A stretch of DNA of 55,222 bases from an uncultured Gammaproteobacteria bacterium (GCA_964604685.1 CAZRZS010000001.1:1-55222); one strand, 5' to 3'. Positions 35,453-45,398 are shown, numbered from the stretch's first letter. Made by a program: numbers and translations. Notes: generated by a model from the sequence alone, not told the origin.

Positions 35453-37654
35453 TTATTTTACCACCTTTTTCAAGTCAGGGTGCCAAATTAGTAAATTTTC
35501 AACTTTTTGAGCTTCAACACCCATAATCTCATCAATCTGAACTTCAGTAGTTAAAGCTCTGTCCAAAACTATCCAACAGGCCTTTGCACCAGTCAATTTT
35601 CTAGCTTGATTCAACAACTCTAGACTGGGCTGTTTAATAAACTGTTGCCATAACTCAACTCGTTCTGGCTGGCCAAATTGATAATCTATGGGAAAACCAC
35701 CACCAACAATATCTTTAGCTGTTATGCCTTCTAGAGCCAACAATGTCCAGGTATCGGCCAAAACACAACCACCATGGTTATTACCAATCAATTCTGCAAC
35801 TTTATATTCATCATTACTCACCACTCTCATGTCTGGTCCTGAAGCATAGGTTAGAGTTCCAAACCATGACAAAACAAATATAACCAGCAAAACTATAATT
35901 TTAATAAAAATCTTATTAGTTTTTAATTTAACTAAAAGAGACTGCAAAGCATAAATTATAAAAACCAGCCAAAGAAAGACTAATAATAAATCTAGGCGCC
36001 TGGTCAGCAGGCGATCGCCGGCTAAAATATACCAGCTAATAAAATAGCCGCCATAGACTAGACTAACTAACCAAACCAAAATTCCCCAGCCGTGATTTTC
36101 CTTTTGCCAAAAGATTTTCCAAATTGAAAATTTAGCTAAAAAGATGAAAATAATCATCAGAGGAATAATATACCAACGCCAAATGGTAAAAATATTACTA
36201 ATAAAGGCATAGTCTGGAGTGTGATTGAAAAATATATTGCCGGGTAATATATCATGTGGTCTAATTAAACTAGCATAAAACCAGCCAGTAAACTGACCAA
36301 TAAATTGATAAAAATTATCTAAAAAATTTAATTTTTCTGGCCAATAACTAATTTTACTGATTAATTCTATTAGAGGCAAAATAAAAATACTGGCAAATAA
36401 TATGCCAACACCAACACCACGATGATTAATTTTCTTTAAAATGTAACTAAATAAAATTATTAGCCAGATTAAAATAAAATGAAGCGAGTAGCCAAATAAC
36501 ATTAAAAAGCTAAATAATGCCACTAGCCGCTTCTGAACTTGATGATTATCGCGCAAATATTGCAACCACAGCATAAAGACAAAAAAGAAAGTCAAATAAC
36601 CTAAACTTACTGGCAAAGTCAAACTACCTAAAGCTTGAAAGGGAAAAACTAAAAATGACAACCAGGACAGACATAAGCCACGACGCCGAGAGTTAAATAA
36701 TAGCCAGCCAATACGAAAAAGAATAAAAGGCATGACCAATGACCATAAAATTGGTATTAGCCACTTATTGACTGTAATCAAATCCGCTTGCAAAGTCTGG
36801 GATAGCAGCACACTTGTCCCCCAAAGCTGGCTATAAGCATATTTTTGCGGAGCGAAAAAAACTTTAGGCAAATCTATGTTGGCTATTTCCTGCCATTCAG
36901 CTTCAGAACCAACTAAGACTGGTAAAATCTGTTGTCCCTGTTCTAGTTGATTTTCAATAGCTAAATGACGCCAGACATCCCCGCCCCAGGGTTGTACATG
37001 AGTGAGGGGTAAATACAAGTGTAAGAGGATTGATTGTAAAATGAAAATAAACAAAATTAATTTTATCTTATACCTCATAAACAACAAAATGCCGCTAAGC
37101 AAAGTCAAAACAAAAAAGATGGGTAAATAGTATTCAGAAATTGTTTGCCAAGGTGATTGTAAAATAGCTTCACTCTTTGAGATAAGTAATAAATAAAAAC
37201 CGCCTAGCCATAAAATTATATACAAGCCAGGCAGTAGGATAGTTTTTTTAAATAAAATTTTTTCTTTTACCTCTTGAGTCCAAACTTCCACTTCTCTTTT
37301 ATAGCTCCGCCTATTTAAAAAGGTAAAAATAACTAAAGCGAACAAAGCAACTAATAAATACACCCACCAAATTAATCCCAAAGTTAATTTATTAAAAACG
37401 ACAAAAATTGAACTAAATAGACCTAATAAAAGAAAACTCGTGAACCAAGCAAAAACTCTAATCATCCAAGTCCTGCCATTCATGCCAAAAACTTTACGTA
37501 AAATCTGTTTCCACCAGTCCCCTACTAAGACTAAATAGATAATAAACAAAATCCAACCTAACCATCCTTGTTGCCAAGAAACCAGGTTAAAATATAATAA
37601 AAACAAAACTACGGTAAGTAGAAATATTTTATTTAATTGTTTTGCTAGATACAT
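35453..37654 (-). CDS. Very large polytopic membrane protein with a C-terminal soluble domain. Function unknown (GT-C-like?). Paralog of 39189-41264.
   Basis: More than 15 hydrophobic helices. It shares the loop motif GDVWRHLAIENQLEQGQQILPV with FDPFIHQATENWILQHGFILPK in the paralog. The start is tentatively ATG 37654, because the ORF-track extension to 37783 overlaps the divergent gene. Confidence 0.55.
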   Translation of the reverse strand: MYLAKQLNKIFLLTVVLFLLYFNLVSWQQGWLGWILFIIYLVLVGDWWKQILRKVFGMNGRTWMIRVFAWFTSFLLLGLFSSIFVVFNKLTLGLIWWVYLLVALFALVIFTFLNRRSYKREVEVWTQEVKEKILFKKTILLPGLYIILWLGGFYLLLISKSEAILQSPWQTISEYYLPIFFVLTLLSGILLFMRYKIKLILFIFILQSILLHLYLPLTHVQPWGGDVWRHLAIENQLEQGQQILPVLVGSEAEWQEIANIDLPKVFFAPQKYAYSQLWGTSVLLSQTLQADLITVNKWLIPILWSLVMPFILFRIGWLLFNSRRRGLCLSWLSFLVFPFQALGSLTLPVSLGYLTFFFVFMLWLQYLRDNHQVQKRLVALFSFLMLFGYSLHFILIWLIILFSYILKKINHRGVGVGILFASIFILPLIELISKISYWPEKLNFLDNFYQFIGQFTGWFYASLIRPHDILPGNIFFNHTPDYAFISNIFTIWRWYIIPLMIIFIFLAKFSIWKIFWQKENHGWGILVWLVSLVYGGYFISWYILAGDRLLTRRLDLLLVFLWLVFIIYALQSLLVKLKTNKIFIKIIVLLVIFVLSWFGTLTYASGPDMRVVSNDEYKVAELIGNNHGGCVLADTWTLLALEGITAKDIVGGGFPIDYQFGQPERVELWQQFIKQPSLELLNQARKLTGAKACWIVLDRALTTEVQIDEIMGVEAQKVENLLIWHPDLKKVVK

Positions 37655-37732
37655 AACTTGACTAATAAAATAAAAAATGATAAAACTCTTGTATTGGTTC
37701 CAGTGGGTATAATTCTTTAGGAGAAAACCAAC

Positions 37733-38494
37733 ATGGATAGAACTGCTGAGTTTGTCGTGGGGGTTTTCTTCATGGGATATCAATGGTTACGTAAGGTGTT
37801 CGCACCTGCCATACCATGGATATTCCCGAGATACTTCCCACAGTGGCTGACCCAGCCTTTGATGATTAAGGTGTTGCCAGAGCGGATGATAGAGGATGGC
37901 CGTGTGCTGTTCATCACAGCCAATGTGATTACTATCTTCCGTACTGTTCTCATTATCCCTATTAGTATACTTCTACAAATGGGATATGTGAACATGGGCT
38001 TCACTCTGTATGTCATTGGCGGGATTCTTGATTTCGTGGATGGTCTTGTCGCAACTGTCCATCGGAAAGCGGGTTACAAAGATAATCCAGATCTCGGGGC
38101 GTTCTTGGACGCTTTCTGCGACAAATTCTACTATGGAGTGGGTAAAATTGTAGTGCTTTCTTTAGGGAACTACGAACAACCTCTCCATATTACCATCCTG
38201 CTCCTTGCTTCAGCTTTAATTCTGTTACAATACGAAGTGCGCCTTGGTATCATTCGGGTCGCTGACTACTACTACAATACAAAAAACAGTAGTAGTGGGC
38301 TACTTGACTTGAGAGCCAAAGGTTCAGGTAAACTGAAATTTGCCTTAGAGATGATTGGCATAGGTGGCCTGATTCTCGCACTTCCTTCATTCTCTGGGTG
38401 GAGTGTCTACGTAGGTACCACCTGCCTAGTCATCGCCATCCCCTTCGCGCGCCAAAGCTTGCTCGGCAAGCTGAAGCAGCGTGAACCTACCTAA
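37733..38494 (+). CDS. CDP-alcohol phosphatidyltransferase-like membrane protein with atypical base composition
   Basis: DFVDGLVATVHRKAGYKDNPDLGAFLDAFCDKF matches DGxxA..GxxxDxxxD but with a longer spacer. A tataat at 37706-37711 and an AGGAG 9 nt before the ATG precede the gene. My hand counts give 46 G+C in 37733-37832 and 43 in 38201-38300, against 31 in 38601-38700 of the neighbouring gene. Confidence 0.7.
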   Translation: MDRTAEFVVGVFFMGYQWLRKVFAPAIPWIFPRYFPQWLTQPLMIKVLPERMIEDGRVLFITANVITIFRTVLIIPISILLQMGYVNMGFTLYVIGGILDFVDGLVATVHRKAGYKDNPDLGAFLDAFCDKFYYGVGKIVVLSLGNYEQPLHITILLLASALILLQYEVRLGIIRVADYYYNTKNSSSGLLDLRAKGSGKLKFALEMIGIGGLILALPSFSGWSVYVGTTCLVIAIPFARQSLLGKLKQREPT

Positions 38495-38496
38495 TT

Positions 38497-38529
38497 ACCC
38501 GTGATTGAACTCACGGGTATTCCTTTTTT
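38497..38529 (+). terminator. Intrinsic terminator of 37733-38494
   Basis: acccgtga ttgaac tcacgggt followed by attcctttttt. Confidence 0.8.
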
Positions 38530-38541
38530 AAAAGACCTTTT

Positions 38542-39165
38542 TTATATCCCATTGGCAAACAAACTAATCACCGCAAAGCCAATGGCCAAACCAAACAACC
38601 AAGCAGCAATAGTTAATAAATATGGGAATTCAAATAACAAGGCTAAAAGGGTTACAAACACAGCCAAAACCTGCAATATCATTTTTAATTTACCCCATAA
38701 ATTAGCCATTTTCACAGTTTTAAATTTTACCTTAGCCACATAGGCGCTAGCAATAAAAGCGATTTCAAGTCCTAAAATAGCTAGTCCTAACCAAAAATTA
38801 AAATATTTAAAAACCAATAATAAGACCATGGAACCAATCAAAAACTTATCCGCCAGAGGATCAAACATCATACCAAATTTAGTAATTTGGTTCCTTGTCC
38901 TGGCCATGGAGCCATCAATGATGTCAGTAAAAGCCACGATTATAAAAGCCAATACCCCAATTTTATAATAGCCAAAAAGAATTAACAAAAAAACAATGGG
39001 CGTGGTTACTACCCGAAAAGCCGTAACTCGATTAGGTGTTATCTCTTGGGGAAAAAATCTTAAAAACGTCCTCTCCATAAAATGGTCATGAGGATGTTTT
39101 TTTTCAGCTACTAAATAAGTAAACAAATCTGGATGATGAGTTACAAAATATTGGATTCTATTCAT
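38542..39165 (-). CDS. CDP-alcohol phosphatidyltransferase (PgsA-like)
   Basis: The canonical motif DIIDGSMARTRNQITKFGMMFDPLADKF, with 5-6 TM helices. Confidence 0.8.
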   Translation of the reverse strand: MNRIQYFVTHHPDLFTYLVAEKKHPHDHFMERTFLRFFPQEITPNRVTAFRVVTTPIVFLLILFGYYKIGVLAFIIVAFTDIIDGSMARTRNQITKFGMMFDPLADKFLIGSMVLLLVFKYFNFWLGLAILGLEIAFIASAYVAKVKFKTVKMANLWGKLKMILQVLAVFVTLLALLFEFPYLLTIAAWLFGLAIGFAVISLFANGI

Positions 39166-39188
39166 AAATCTGTTACAATAGTCATATT

Positions 39189-41264
39189 ATGAAGCTACTC
39201 TTATTTAGTGGTAAGTATATCATCCTTGGGGGCATCTCGACAATACTAGCCTGGCTGACCATTTGGAATATAGAATCTAGTCATTGGAGTATAATTTTTT
39301 TACTTTTATACCTCCTTTTCTTCAGTTTTAACCTCGGTCAATTTTTTTTACCCAAGGAAGAACGTTTTTGGAAAATTATTTTTGGCTTTTTAGGCATAAT
39401 TGCCTTGTTTGCCATCATCCTTTCTGGAATCTATTGGTTTTATGAAATTAATATGGAAATAGTGACTGTTGTTTTAACCTTAATCCCTATATTGATTGGC
39501 CTACAGCCTAGACATGAAAAAGATATTTTTGCTGATATTGATACCCACATGAATTTAAAAGGCTATATCTACACCAAATCATATCTAGCCACAAAATTAC
39601 TAGCTCTAATAATTTTATTAGGTGATGGTCTACTCTTTCTAATTTTGTACACCCGCCAATTTACTGATACCTTGATTTCTCCTTGGACAATTATAGGGCC
39701 AAGGTTTTTTATTTTATTCACTTTTGTCACCCTGATACTATTATGGGTTTTGCAAAAATCCAAGCATCCCCGTACTAATTTACTATTACTGATGATTCAC
39801 AGCACGCTAATTTTAACCGTGGCTTTAATTATTTTCAAACTTGGTTTTGGTTTTGATCCCTTTATTCACCAAGCCACAGAAAACTGGATTCTTCAACATG
39901 GTTTTATCTTGCCTAAACATCCATATTATATTGGCCAATATATGCTAGTGATTGCTGGTCATTCTCTAACTCACTTGCCAATTCACTGGCTAGATAAAAT
40001 CCTAGTACCTTTAGCCGCTGGCATCTTTATTCCCCTGATTAGTTATTTTACCCTAGCTCGGACTAAAGATGATATTAAATTGTCTCCAGCTTTAGCTCTA
40101 ATACCACTGCTACCACTCAGCTTTTTTACCGTAACCACGCCAAATAATCTCGCCCTCTTATTTAGTCTAATAATCTTTTTCTGGATTTGGTATGAAAATA
40201 AACATGGTAATCAGCAGACTCGCTTCTTTGGTATTTTATTATCCCTAGCCGCTTGTACTATTCATCCTTTTATTGGCCTGCCTTTACTATCAATCTATCT
40301 AGGTTCAATTCTATTTAAATTAAAATTAAAATATTATATATATATTTTCTATGGCCTAATTATTTCCGCTATCCTCCCACTGACATTTTATCTAAATTCC
40401 CTACGCCTAGAAGAAAAACTCAGTTTAAAAAATCCTTTTACTCATTTAGGTGATTTCTTATTAATTTTTACCCGCCCTCACTGGATTTGGTTAGATAAAG
40501 GTACGGTTCTCTGGCAAACTTTATACATTTATCGTGATTTAATCAAGCCTTTGGTAATAATTACCATCATTTTAGGAATTGTTTTAGCCATAAGAAAATA
40601 CAAAGAACAGCAAACATATTTTTACCTTGCCAGTGCTCTGGGTCTTGGTCTATCAGCTTTTTGGCTAGCAACTACCATCAATTTTTCTGACGTGATTTCC
40701 TATGAACAAAGAGCTTTCAGCTACCGCCTAATGGAAATGCTACTAGTCCTACTTCTACCATTCTTTATCATCGCTCTACGAGAACTATTTCTCATAATCC
40801 GCAAACATCCAGGCAAACAACTACTGGCCAGTCTATTATTTTCTTTACTCTTATTAACTTCATGGTATTTTACTTATCCAACCCGCGATCCCGTATCTTT
40901 TCACACTGGTTGGAACGTACGAGCCGCTGATATTATCACTGTGCGCTTTATTTCTCAACATAATCAAAACAAAAAGGATTACATCGTCTTAACTAACCAG
41001 CTGGTTTCAGCGACAGCTCTACGTGAATTTGGTTTTGATGGTTATTTAAAGACAGTCCGAGGAGAACAATATTTTTATTCTATCCCTACGGGTGGACCAC
41101 TTTACCAATACTTTCGCAAAATGGTTTATGAAGAACCTAAACGAGAATGGATGGAGCAAGCCATGCACTTTGCCAATGTTAAAAAAGCTTATTTTGTCCA
41201 TACTAACTACTGGGCCCCAGCAGCTGAAATACGGGACAAAGCTAAATTAGAAGCAGATGAATGA
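39189..41264 (+). CDS. Very large polytopic membrane protein with a C-terminal soluble domain. Function unknown (GT-C-like?). Paralog of 35453-37654.
   Basis: 691 aa with more than 14 hydrophobic helices. See the shared motifs listed for the paralog, plus WLDKILVPL vs VNKWLIPIL and a similar C-terminal domain (YIVLTNQLVSATALREFG vs GCVLADTWTLLALEGITA). Confidence 0.55.
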   Translation: MKLLLFSGKYIILGGISTILAWLTIWNIESSHWSIIFLLLYLLFFSFNLGQFFLPKEERFWKIIFGFLGIIALFAIILSGIYWFYEINMEIVTVVLTLIPILIGLQPRHEKDIFADIDTHMNLKGYIYTKSYLATKLLALIILLGDGLLFLILYTRQFTDTLISPWTIIGPRFFILFTFVTLILLWVLQKSKHPRTNLLLLMIHSTLILTVALIIFKLGFGFDPFIHQATENWILQHGFILPKHPYYIGQYMLVIAGHSLTHLPIHWLDKILVPLAAGIFIPLISYFTLARTKDDIKLSPALALIPLLPLSFFTVTTPNNLALLFSLIIFFWIWYENKHGNQQTRFFGILLSLAACTIHPFIGLPLLSIYLGSILFKLKLKYYIYIFYGLIISAILPLTFYLNSLRLEEKLSLKNPFTHLGDFLLIFTRPHWIWLDKGTVLWQTLYIYRDLIKPLVIITIILGIVLAIRKYKEQQTYFYLASALGLGLSAFWLATTINFSDVISYEQRAFSYRLMEMLLVLLLPFFIIALRELFLIIRKHPGKQLLASLLFSLLLLTSWYFTYPTRDPVSFHTGWNVRAADIITVRFISQHNQNKKDYIVLTNQLVSATALREFGFDGYLKTVRGEQYFYSIPTGGPLYQYFRKMVYEEPKREWMEQAMHFANVKKAYFVHTNYWAPAAEIRDKAKLEADE

Positions 41265-41324
41265 TGGGAGTTGAACGGTGGGAGAGTGTGGTTTTTTGAA
41301 TATATCTTAAAGGATTAAAAAGAG

Positions 41325-41360
41325 TCCCGCCCCGAGGCGGGGTCCCGATTCGCATCGGGA
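41325..41360. repeat. Intergenic copy of the GC-rich double-hairpin element found in fmt
   Basis: cccgcc-ccga-ggcggg (41326-41341) followed by tcccgat-tcgc-atcggga (41343-41360). It lies between convergent genes. Confidence 0.8.
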
Positions 41361-41376
41361 GGTGTATGAATAGTTT

Positions 41377-42444
41377 TTAGATAAATCTTTTAATCTTCTT
41401 AGTCAACTCCTCCACATCTCCTGGCTTAAACAGCCAAGCGTTTTCTTTTTCACGGACAAATTCATGTACACCGCCGGTATCTGCCGCAATTACATGCAAG
41501 CCATATTCTAAGGCTTCAATAATAGCCACAGGCTTATTCTCTAAACAAATTGAAGGAAAAATTAAAATCTCACATTCGTTATATATTTTTGTTAATTCAT
41601 TGCCTTCTAATCGCCCATGGACAAACACTTTCTCCTTGCCTTTTCCCCACTCTTCAACTTGATTAGACAAGATGCCATTGCCAACAATATGTAATTCATT
41701 ATTAACTTCTTCAAGCTTATTCCAGGCCTTTAATAATAATTCTATACCCTTGTGTTTTACCAGCGAACCGACAAAAAGAAATTTAGGCATAGCTGATAAA
41801 AATTTTAATTGCGTTGTGACCTGATAAATATTCACTTGCCATTCTGAATTTGTAAAAAAACTTCTGTCTCCATAAAAATTATACAAAAACTGCGAATGAG
41901 TTACTACCATATCTGGCTGACCGAATTTTTTCTTCATTAGCCAAGAATATATTTTTTGGATTAAATTGTCTTTCTCGTGATCCCAAGCTAAAACTCCACT
42001 TGGCTCCACTAATTGTACATCATGCAACACGTGCACATGTTTGTAGCCTAATTTCTGAATCAATTTAGGAATCATAAAACCTATACCCATAAGATTATGA
42101 GTTTCTACTTTATCAGGATTTTCCTGTTGTAAAATTTTTTTAACAATCCGAGCGCTCCACCAGTTCCAGATATCCAATTTGTGCCACAATATCTTCCAAA
42201 AAAAATTATGTTGGCTAAGATTCTTGTATGAAAAAATATTTGGTACCCAATAACGATAGATAATAATACCATTTTCTATGCCTTTTTGAGGATGCCAAGA
42301 CCACCAGCCTTGCCAAGGCCGCCAAGTTATGACTATGGCTTCATCACCAGCCCTGACTATTTCTTCAGCATTTGCTTCTATTATTTTCTCGGCTCCGCCC
42401 ACAGCATAGGGAGCATACAGATTGTTGATATAAACTACCTTCAT
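41377..42444 (-). CDS. Glycosyltransferase family 4 (GT-B)
   Basis: An N-terminal YAVGGAEK pattern and a C-terminal FPSICLENKPVAIIEALEYGLHVIAADTGGVHEFV (E-x7-E region). Confidence 0.8.
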   Translation of the reverse strand: MKVVYINNLYAPYAVGGAEKIIEANAEEIVRAGDEAIVITWRPWQGWWSWHPQKGIENGIIIYRYWVPNIFSYKNLSQHNFFWKILWHKLDIWNWWSARIVKKILQQENPDKVETHNLMGIGFMIPKLIQKLGYKHVHVLHDVQLVEPSGVLAWDHEKDNLIQKIYSWLMKKKFGQPDMVVTHSQFLYNFYGDRSFFTNSEWQVNIYQVTTQLKFLSAMPKFLFVGSLVKHKGIELLLKAWNKLEEVNNELHIVGNGILSNQVEEWGKGKEKVFVHGRLEGNELTKIYNECEILIFPSICLENKPVAIIEALEYGLHVIAADTGGVHEFVREKENAWLFKPGDVEELTKKIKRFI

Positions 42445-42572
42445 ATATTGCCTGTATTATAACTAAAAATGGACAAAATCACAATTTTTAACCCTGTATC
42501 AACAGTCCACCCACAAGTAGCGCCAAAATCACGGTTGAAGAAAAAAGTTAAATGAGCTAAGATATTAATACT

Positions 42573-44021
42573 ATGCCAGATATTACAGAACTTGAAAAAA
42601 TTCCACCACAAAATCTCGAAGCTGAAATGTCCCTACTTGGCTCGATTTTACTTGACAAAGACGCCATGTTTAAAATTGCCGATATAATTGATGCCGATGA
42701 TTTTTATAAAAATGCCCATACTACAATCTTTGAAATCATCACTGAATTATATAACAAAAATGAACCCATTGATATTTTAACTCTAGGTAATCGTTTAGAA
42801 GAAAAAGACAAGTTGGAAAAAATTGGTGGTCACAGCTATTTAGTAAACCTATCCAATACCGTACCCACGGCTTCGCATATTGAACAGTATGCCAAGATTA
42901 TCCGCCGCAAAGCTACTTTGCGCAAATTATTAAAAGCAGCCAGTGAAATTACTCGCCTAGGCTATAAAGAAGAGGCTGAAGAAGTTGAAGGTATTTTAGA
43001 CGAAGCCCAACAACAACTCTATAGCGTCACACAAAAATATCTTAAACAAAGTTTTACACCTCTACGTACTGTCTTAAATGATGCCTTTGAACGCATTGAT
43101 GAACTGCATAAAGAAAAGGGCAAACTGCGCGGTCTGCCAACGGGTTTCCATAAATTGGATAATATTTTAGCAGGCTTGCAAAAATCAGATTTAATTATCC
43201 TAGCTGCCCGCCCTTCAGTTGGTAAAACTTCTTTAGCCTTAGATATTGCCCGTCACGTTGGCGTTAAAGAAAAAGTACCAGTCGGTTTATTTTCTTTAGA
43301 AATGAGTAAAGAACAATTAGTTGATCGCCTGCTTTGTTCTGAAGCTAAAGTTGATTTGTGGAAAATGCGCACTGGTAATCTCTCTGACCGGCCGGATAGC
43401 AATGACTTTCCCCGTATTGGCCATGCCATGGGTGTTCTCTCCGAAGCACCTATATATATTGATGATTCGCCAGGCAATAATGTCATGCAGATCCGCACTA
43501 AGGCTCGACGCCTGCAAGCTGAGCATGGTTTGGGCTTGTTGATCATTGACTACCTGCAATTAATGGAATCTCATCATAATCGCAATTCTGACAACCGCGT
43601 GCAAGAAGTCGCCGAAATTAGTCGTAATTTAAAAGGCATTGCCCGCGAATTAAATGTTCCTGTCTTAGCTCTATCCCAACTTTCCCGAGCAGTCGAACAA
43701 AGCAAACCAGCTATTCCTAAATTATCCCACTTACGTGAATCTGGTTCTATTGAACAGGATGCCGACGTGGTTATGTTTATCTACCGCAAAGCTGCCGACC
43801 GCAGCTATCGCCTAGAAGATATTTCCCCAGATGAACGAAATGTAGCGGAAATCCATATTGCCAAGCATAGAAATGGTCCTACTGGACAAGTCAAAGTCTT
43901 TTTTGAAGAACAACATGCCAGTTTCCGCAATCTAGATACACAATATTCACCGCCAGCTAGACAGACACTCGCTTCCGCTCACAAATCAGCCCCAACTGAA
44001 CCTGAAATCCCTAAATTTTAA
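42573..44021 (+). CDS. dnaB: Replicative DNA helicase
   Basis: PPQNLEAEMSLLGSILLD, Walker A ARPSVGKTSLAL, Walker B LLIIDYLQLM and LSQLSR. Confidence 0.95.
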   Translation: MPDITELEKIPPQNLEAEMSLLGSILLDKDAMFKIADIIDADDFYKNAHTTIFEIITELYNKNEPIDILTLGNRLEEKDKLEKIGGHSYLVNLSNTVPTASHIEQYAKIIRRKATLRKLLKAASEITRLGYKEEAEEVEGILDEAQQQLYSVTQKYLKQSFTPLRTVLNDAFERIDELHKEKGKLRGLPTGFHKLDNILAGLQKSDLIILAARPSVGKTSLALDIARHVGVKEKVPVGLFSLEMSKEQLVDRLLCSEAKVDLWKMRTGNLSDRPDSNDFPRIGHAMGVLSEAPIYIDDSPGNNVMQIRTKARRLQAEHGLGLLIIDYLQLMESHHNRNSDNRVQEVAEISRNLKGIARELNVPVLALSQLSRAVEQSKPAIPKLSHLRESGSIEQDADVVMFIYRKAADRSYRLEDISPDERNVAEIHIAKHRNGPTGQVKVFFEEQHASFRNLDTQYSPPARQTLASAHKSAPTEPEIPKF

Positions 44022-44030
44022 TTATATATT

Positions 44031-44333
44031 ATGTTTAACAAATTAAAACAATACAAAGATTTACGCGGCCAAGCAAAAAACCTGCAAAGCAAACTAGCCG
44101 AAGAATCCATCACTGTGCGTAAAGAATCTGATCAAGTAGTCCTAACCATGGATGGCAATCTTAAAATTACTGCCCTGGAAATTGCTGACACTCTTATGTC
44201 CATAGACAAAAAAAATAAACTCCAAACCGCTATTAAAGATGCTCATGATGATGCCTTAAAAAAAATGCAACGCATCATGACCATGAAAATGAAAGAAATG
44301 GGCGGTCTACCTAATATACCTGGCTTATCCTAA
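44031..44333 (+). CDS. ybaB: YbaB/EbfC nucleoid-associated protein
   Basis: 100 aa with a KQ.K..Q...K.Q..L N-terminal coiled segment. Its position upstream of recR is conserved. Confidence 0.8.
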   Translation: MFNKLKQYKDLRGQAKNLQSKLAEESITVRKESDQVVLTMDGNLKITALEIADTLMSIDKKNKLQTAIKDAHDDALKKMQRIMTMKMKEMGGLPNIPGLS

Positions 44334-44351
44334 ATTCAGCATGATAAACTT

Positions 44352-44942
44352 ATGTATTCTAAATCCGTCCAACAACTAATTACAGCTTTTGCTAAATTAC
44401 CAAGTGTGGGCGAACGTACAGCTGAACGCTTTGTTTTTTATTTGCTTAAATCCGGCAAAAAGGATGCGGCAGAAATAACTCTGGCTCTGAAAAGTCTGAT
44501 TGACAATGTAAAAAGCTGTGAAACCTGCTGGGATTTTACTGACAGCGTAACCTGTACTATTTGTGCTGACAAAACCCGCGATCGGCAGACTATCTGCGTG
44601 GTAGCTGAAGCACAAGATGTACAAACCATAGAGAAGACAGGTGAATACCAAGGTGTCTACCATATTCTCCGTGGCAGTTTAGCTAGTGATATTGATAATA
44701 GTAGTGAATTAAAAATAAAAGAACTACTGGACAGAACAAAAACTGCTAAGGAAATAATCTTGGCTCTAAATCCGGACTTAGCTGGTGAAAACACCATGAT
44801 GTATCTGGCGCAGAAAATTAAAAAGAATAATCCGAAAATAAAAATAACGCGTTTGGCCAGGGGCTTGCCTATGGGTAGTAATTTGCAATATGCCGATGAA
44901 ATTACCTTAAGTAGTGCCTTAAAAAATCGCACGAGTAATTAA
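44352..44942 (+). CDS. recR: Recombination protein RecR
   Basis: LPSVGERTAERF (HhH), the zinc finger CETC...CTIC and the Toprim segment ICVVAEAQDV. Confidence 0.95.
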   Translation: MYSKSVQQLITAFAKLPSVGERTAERFVFYLLKSGKKDAAEITLALKSLIDNVKSCETCWDFTDSVTCTICADKTRDRQTICVVAEAQDVQTIEKTGEYQGVYHILRGSLASDIDNSSELKIKELLDRTKTAKEIILALNPDLAGENTMMYLAQKIKKNNPKIKITRLARGLPMGSNLQYADEITLSSALKNRTSN

Positions 44943-45018
44943 AAAAGACATAAAACTCATCATCCTTCGTGTGTCCTTCCGTGAGTATTGATTTTTAGTA
45001 AGTGAATAATCATGGACT

Positions 45019-45044
45019 AAAAAATCCCTTTACAGGGATTTTTT
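45019..45044 (-). terminator. Terminator hairpin downstream of rplU, potentially bidirectional (also serving recR)
   Basis: aaaaatccct ttac agggattttt, with A and T tracts on both sides. Confidence 0.75.
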
Positions 45045-45046
45045 GC

Positions 45047-45358
45047 TTAAACTTTTTTCACTTTCACTTTGGTAAAATGCTGACGATGACCATGCACTCG
45101 TTTGTACCTAACTTTGCGTTTGAATTTAACCACGCGCAACTTCTTGCTACGGCCTTGTTCTTCAACAGTGGCGGCAATACTGACACCATCTAAATATGGT
45201 GTGCCAATTTTAACATCCTTGCCATCTTCACTAGCCAAAAGCAAAACTTTGTCAAAAACAATGTCTTTACCAGTTTCAGCTAGCAATTTCTCTATTTTCA
45301 AACTATCACCGGTTTTAATAAGATATTGCTTACCACCGGTTTCAATAACTGCAAACAT
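45047..45358 (-). CDS. rplU: 50S ribosomal protein L21
   Basis: MFAVIETGGKQYLIKTGDSLKIEKL. No rpmA follows it. Confidence 0.95.
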   Translation of the reverse strand: MFAVIETGGKQYLIKTGDSLKIEKLLAETGKDIVFDKVLLLASEDGKDVKIGTPYLDGVSIAATVEEQGRSKKLRVVKFKRKVRYKRVHGHRQHFTKVKVKKV

Positions 45359-45398
45359 AATTTATATGTAATTAGTAATAAATGGGAAACTGGACTAC

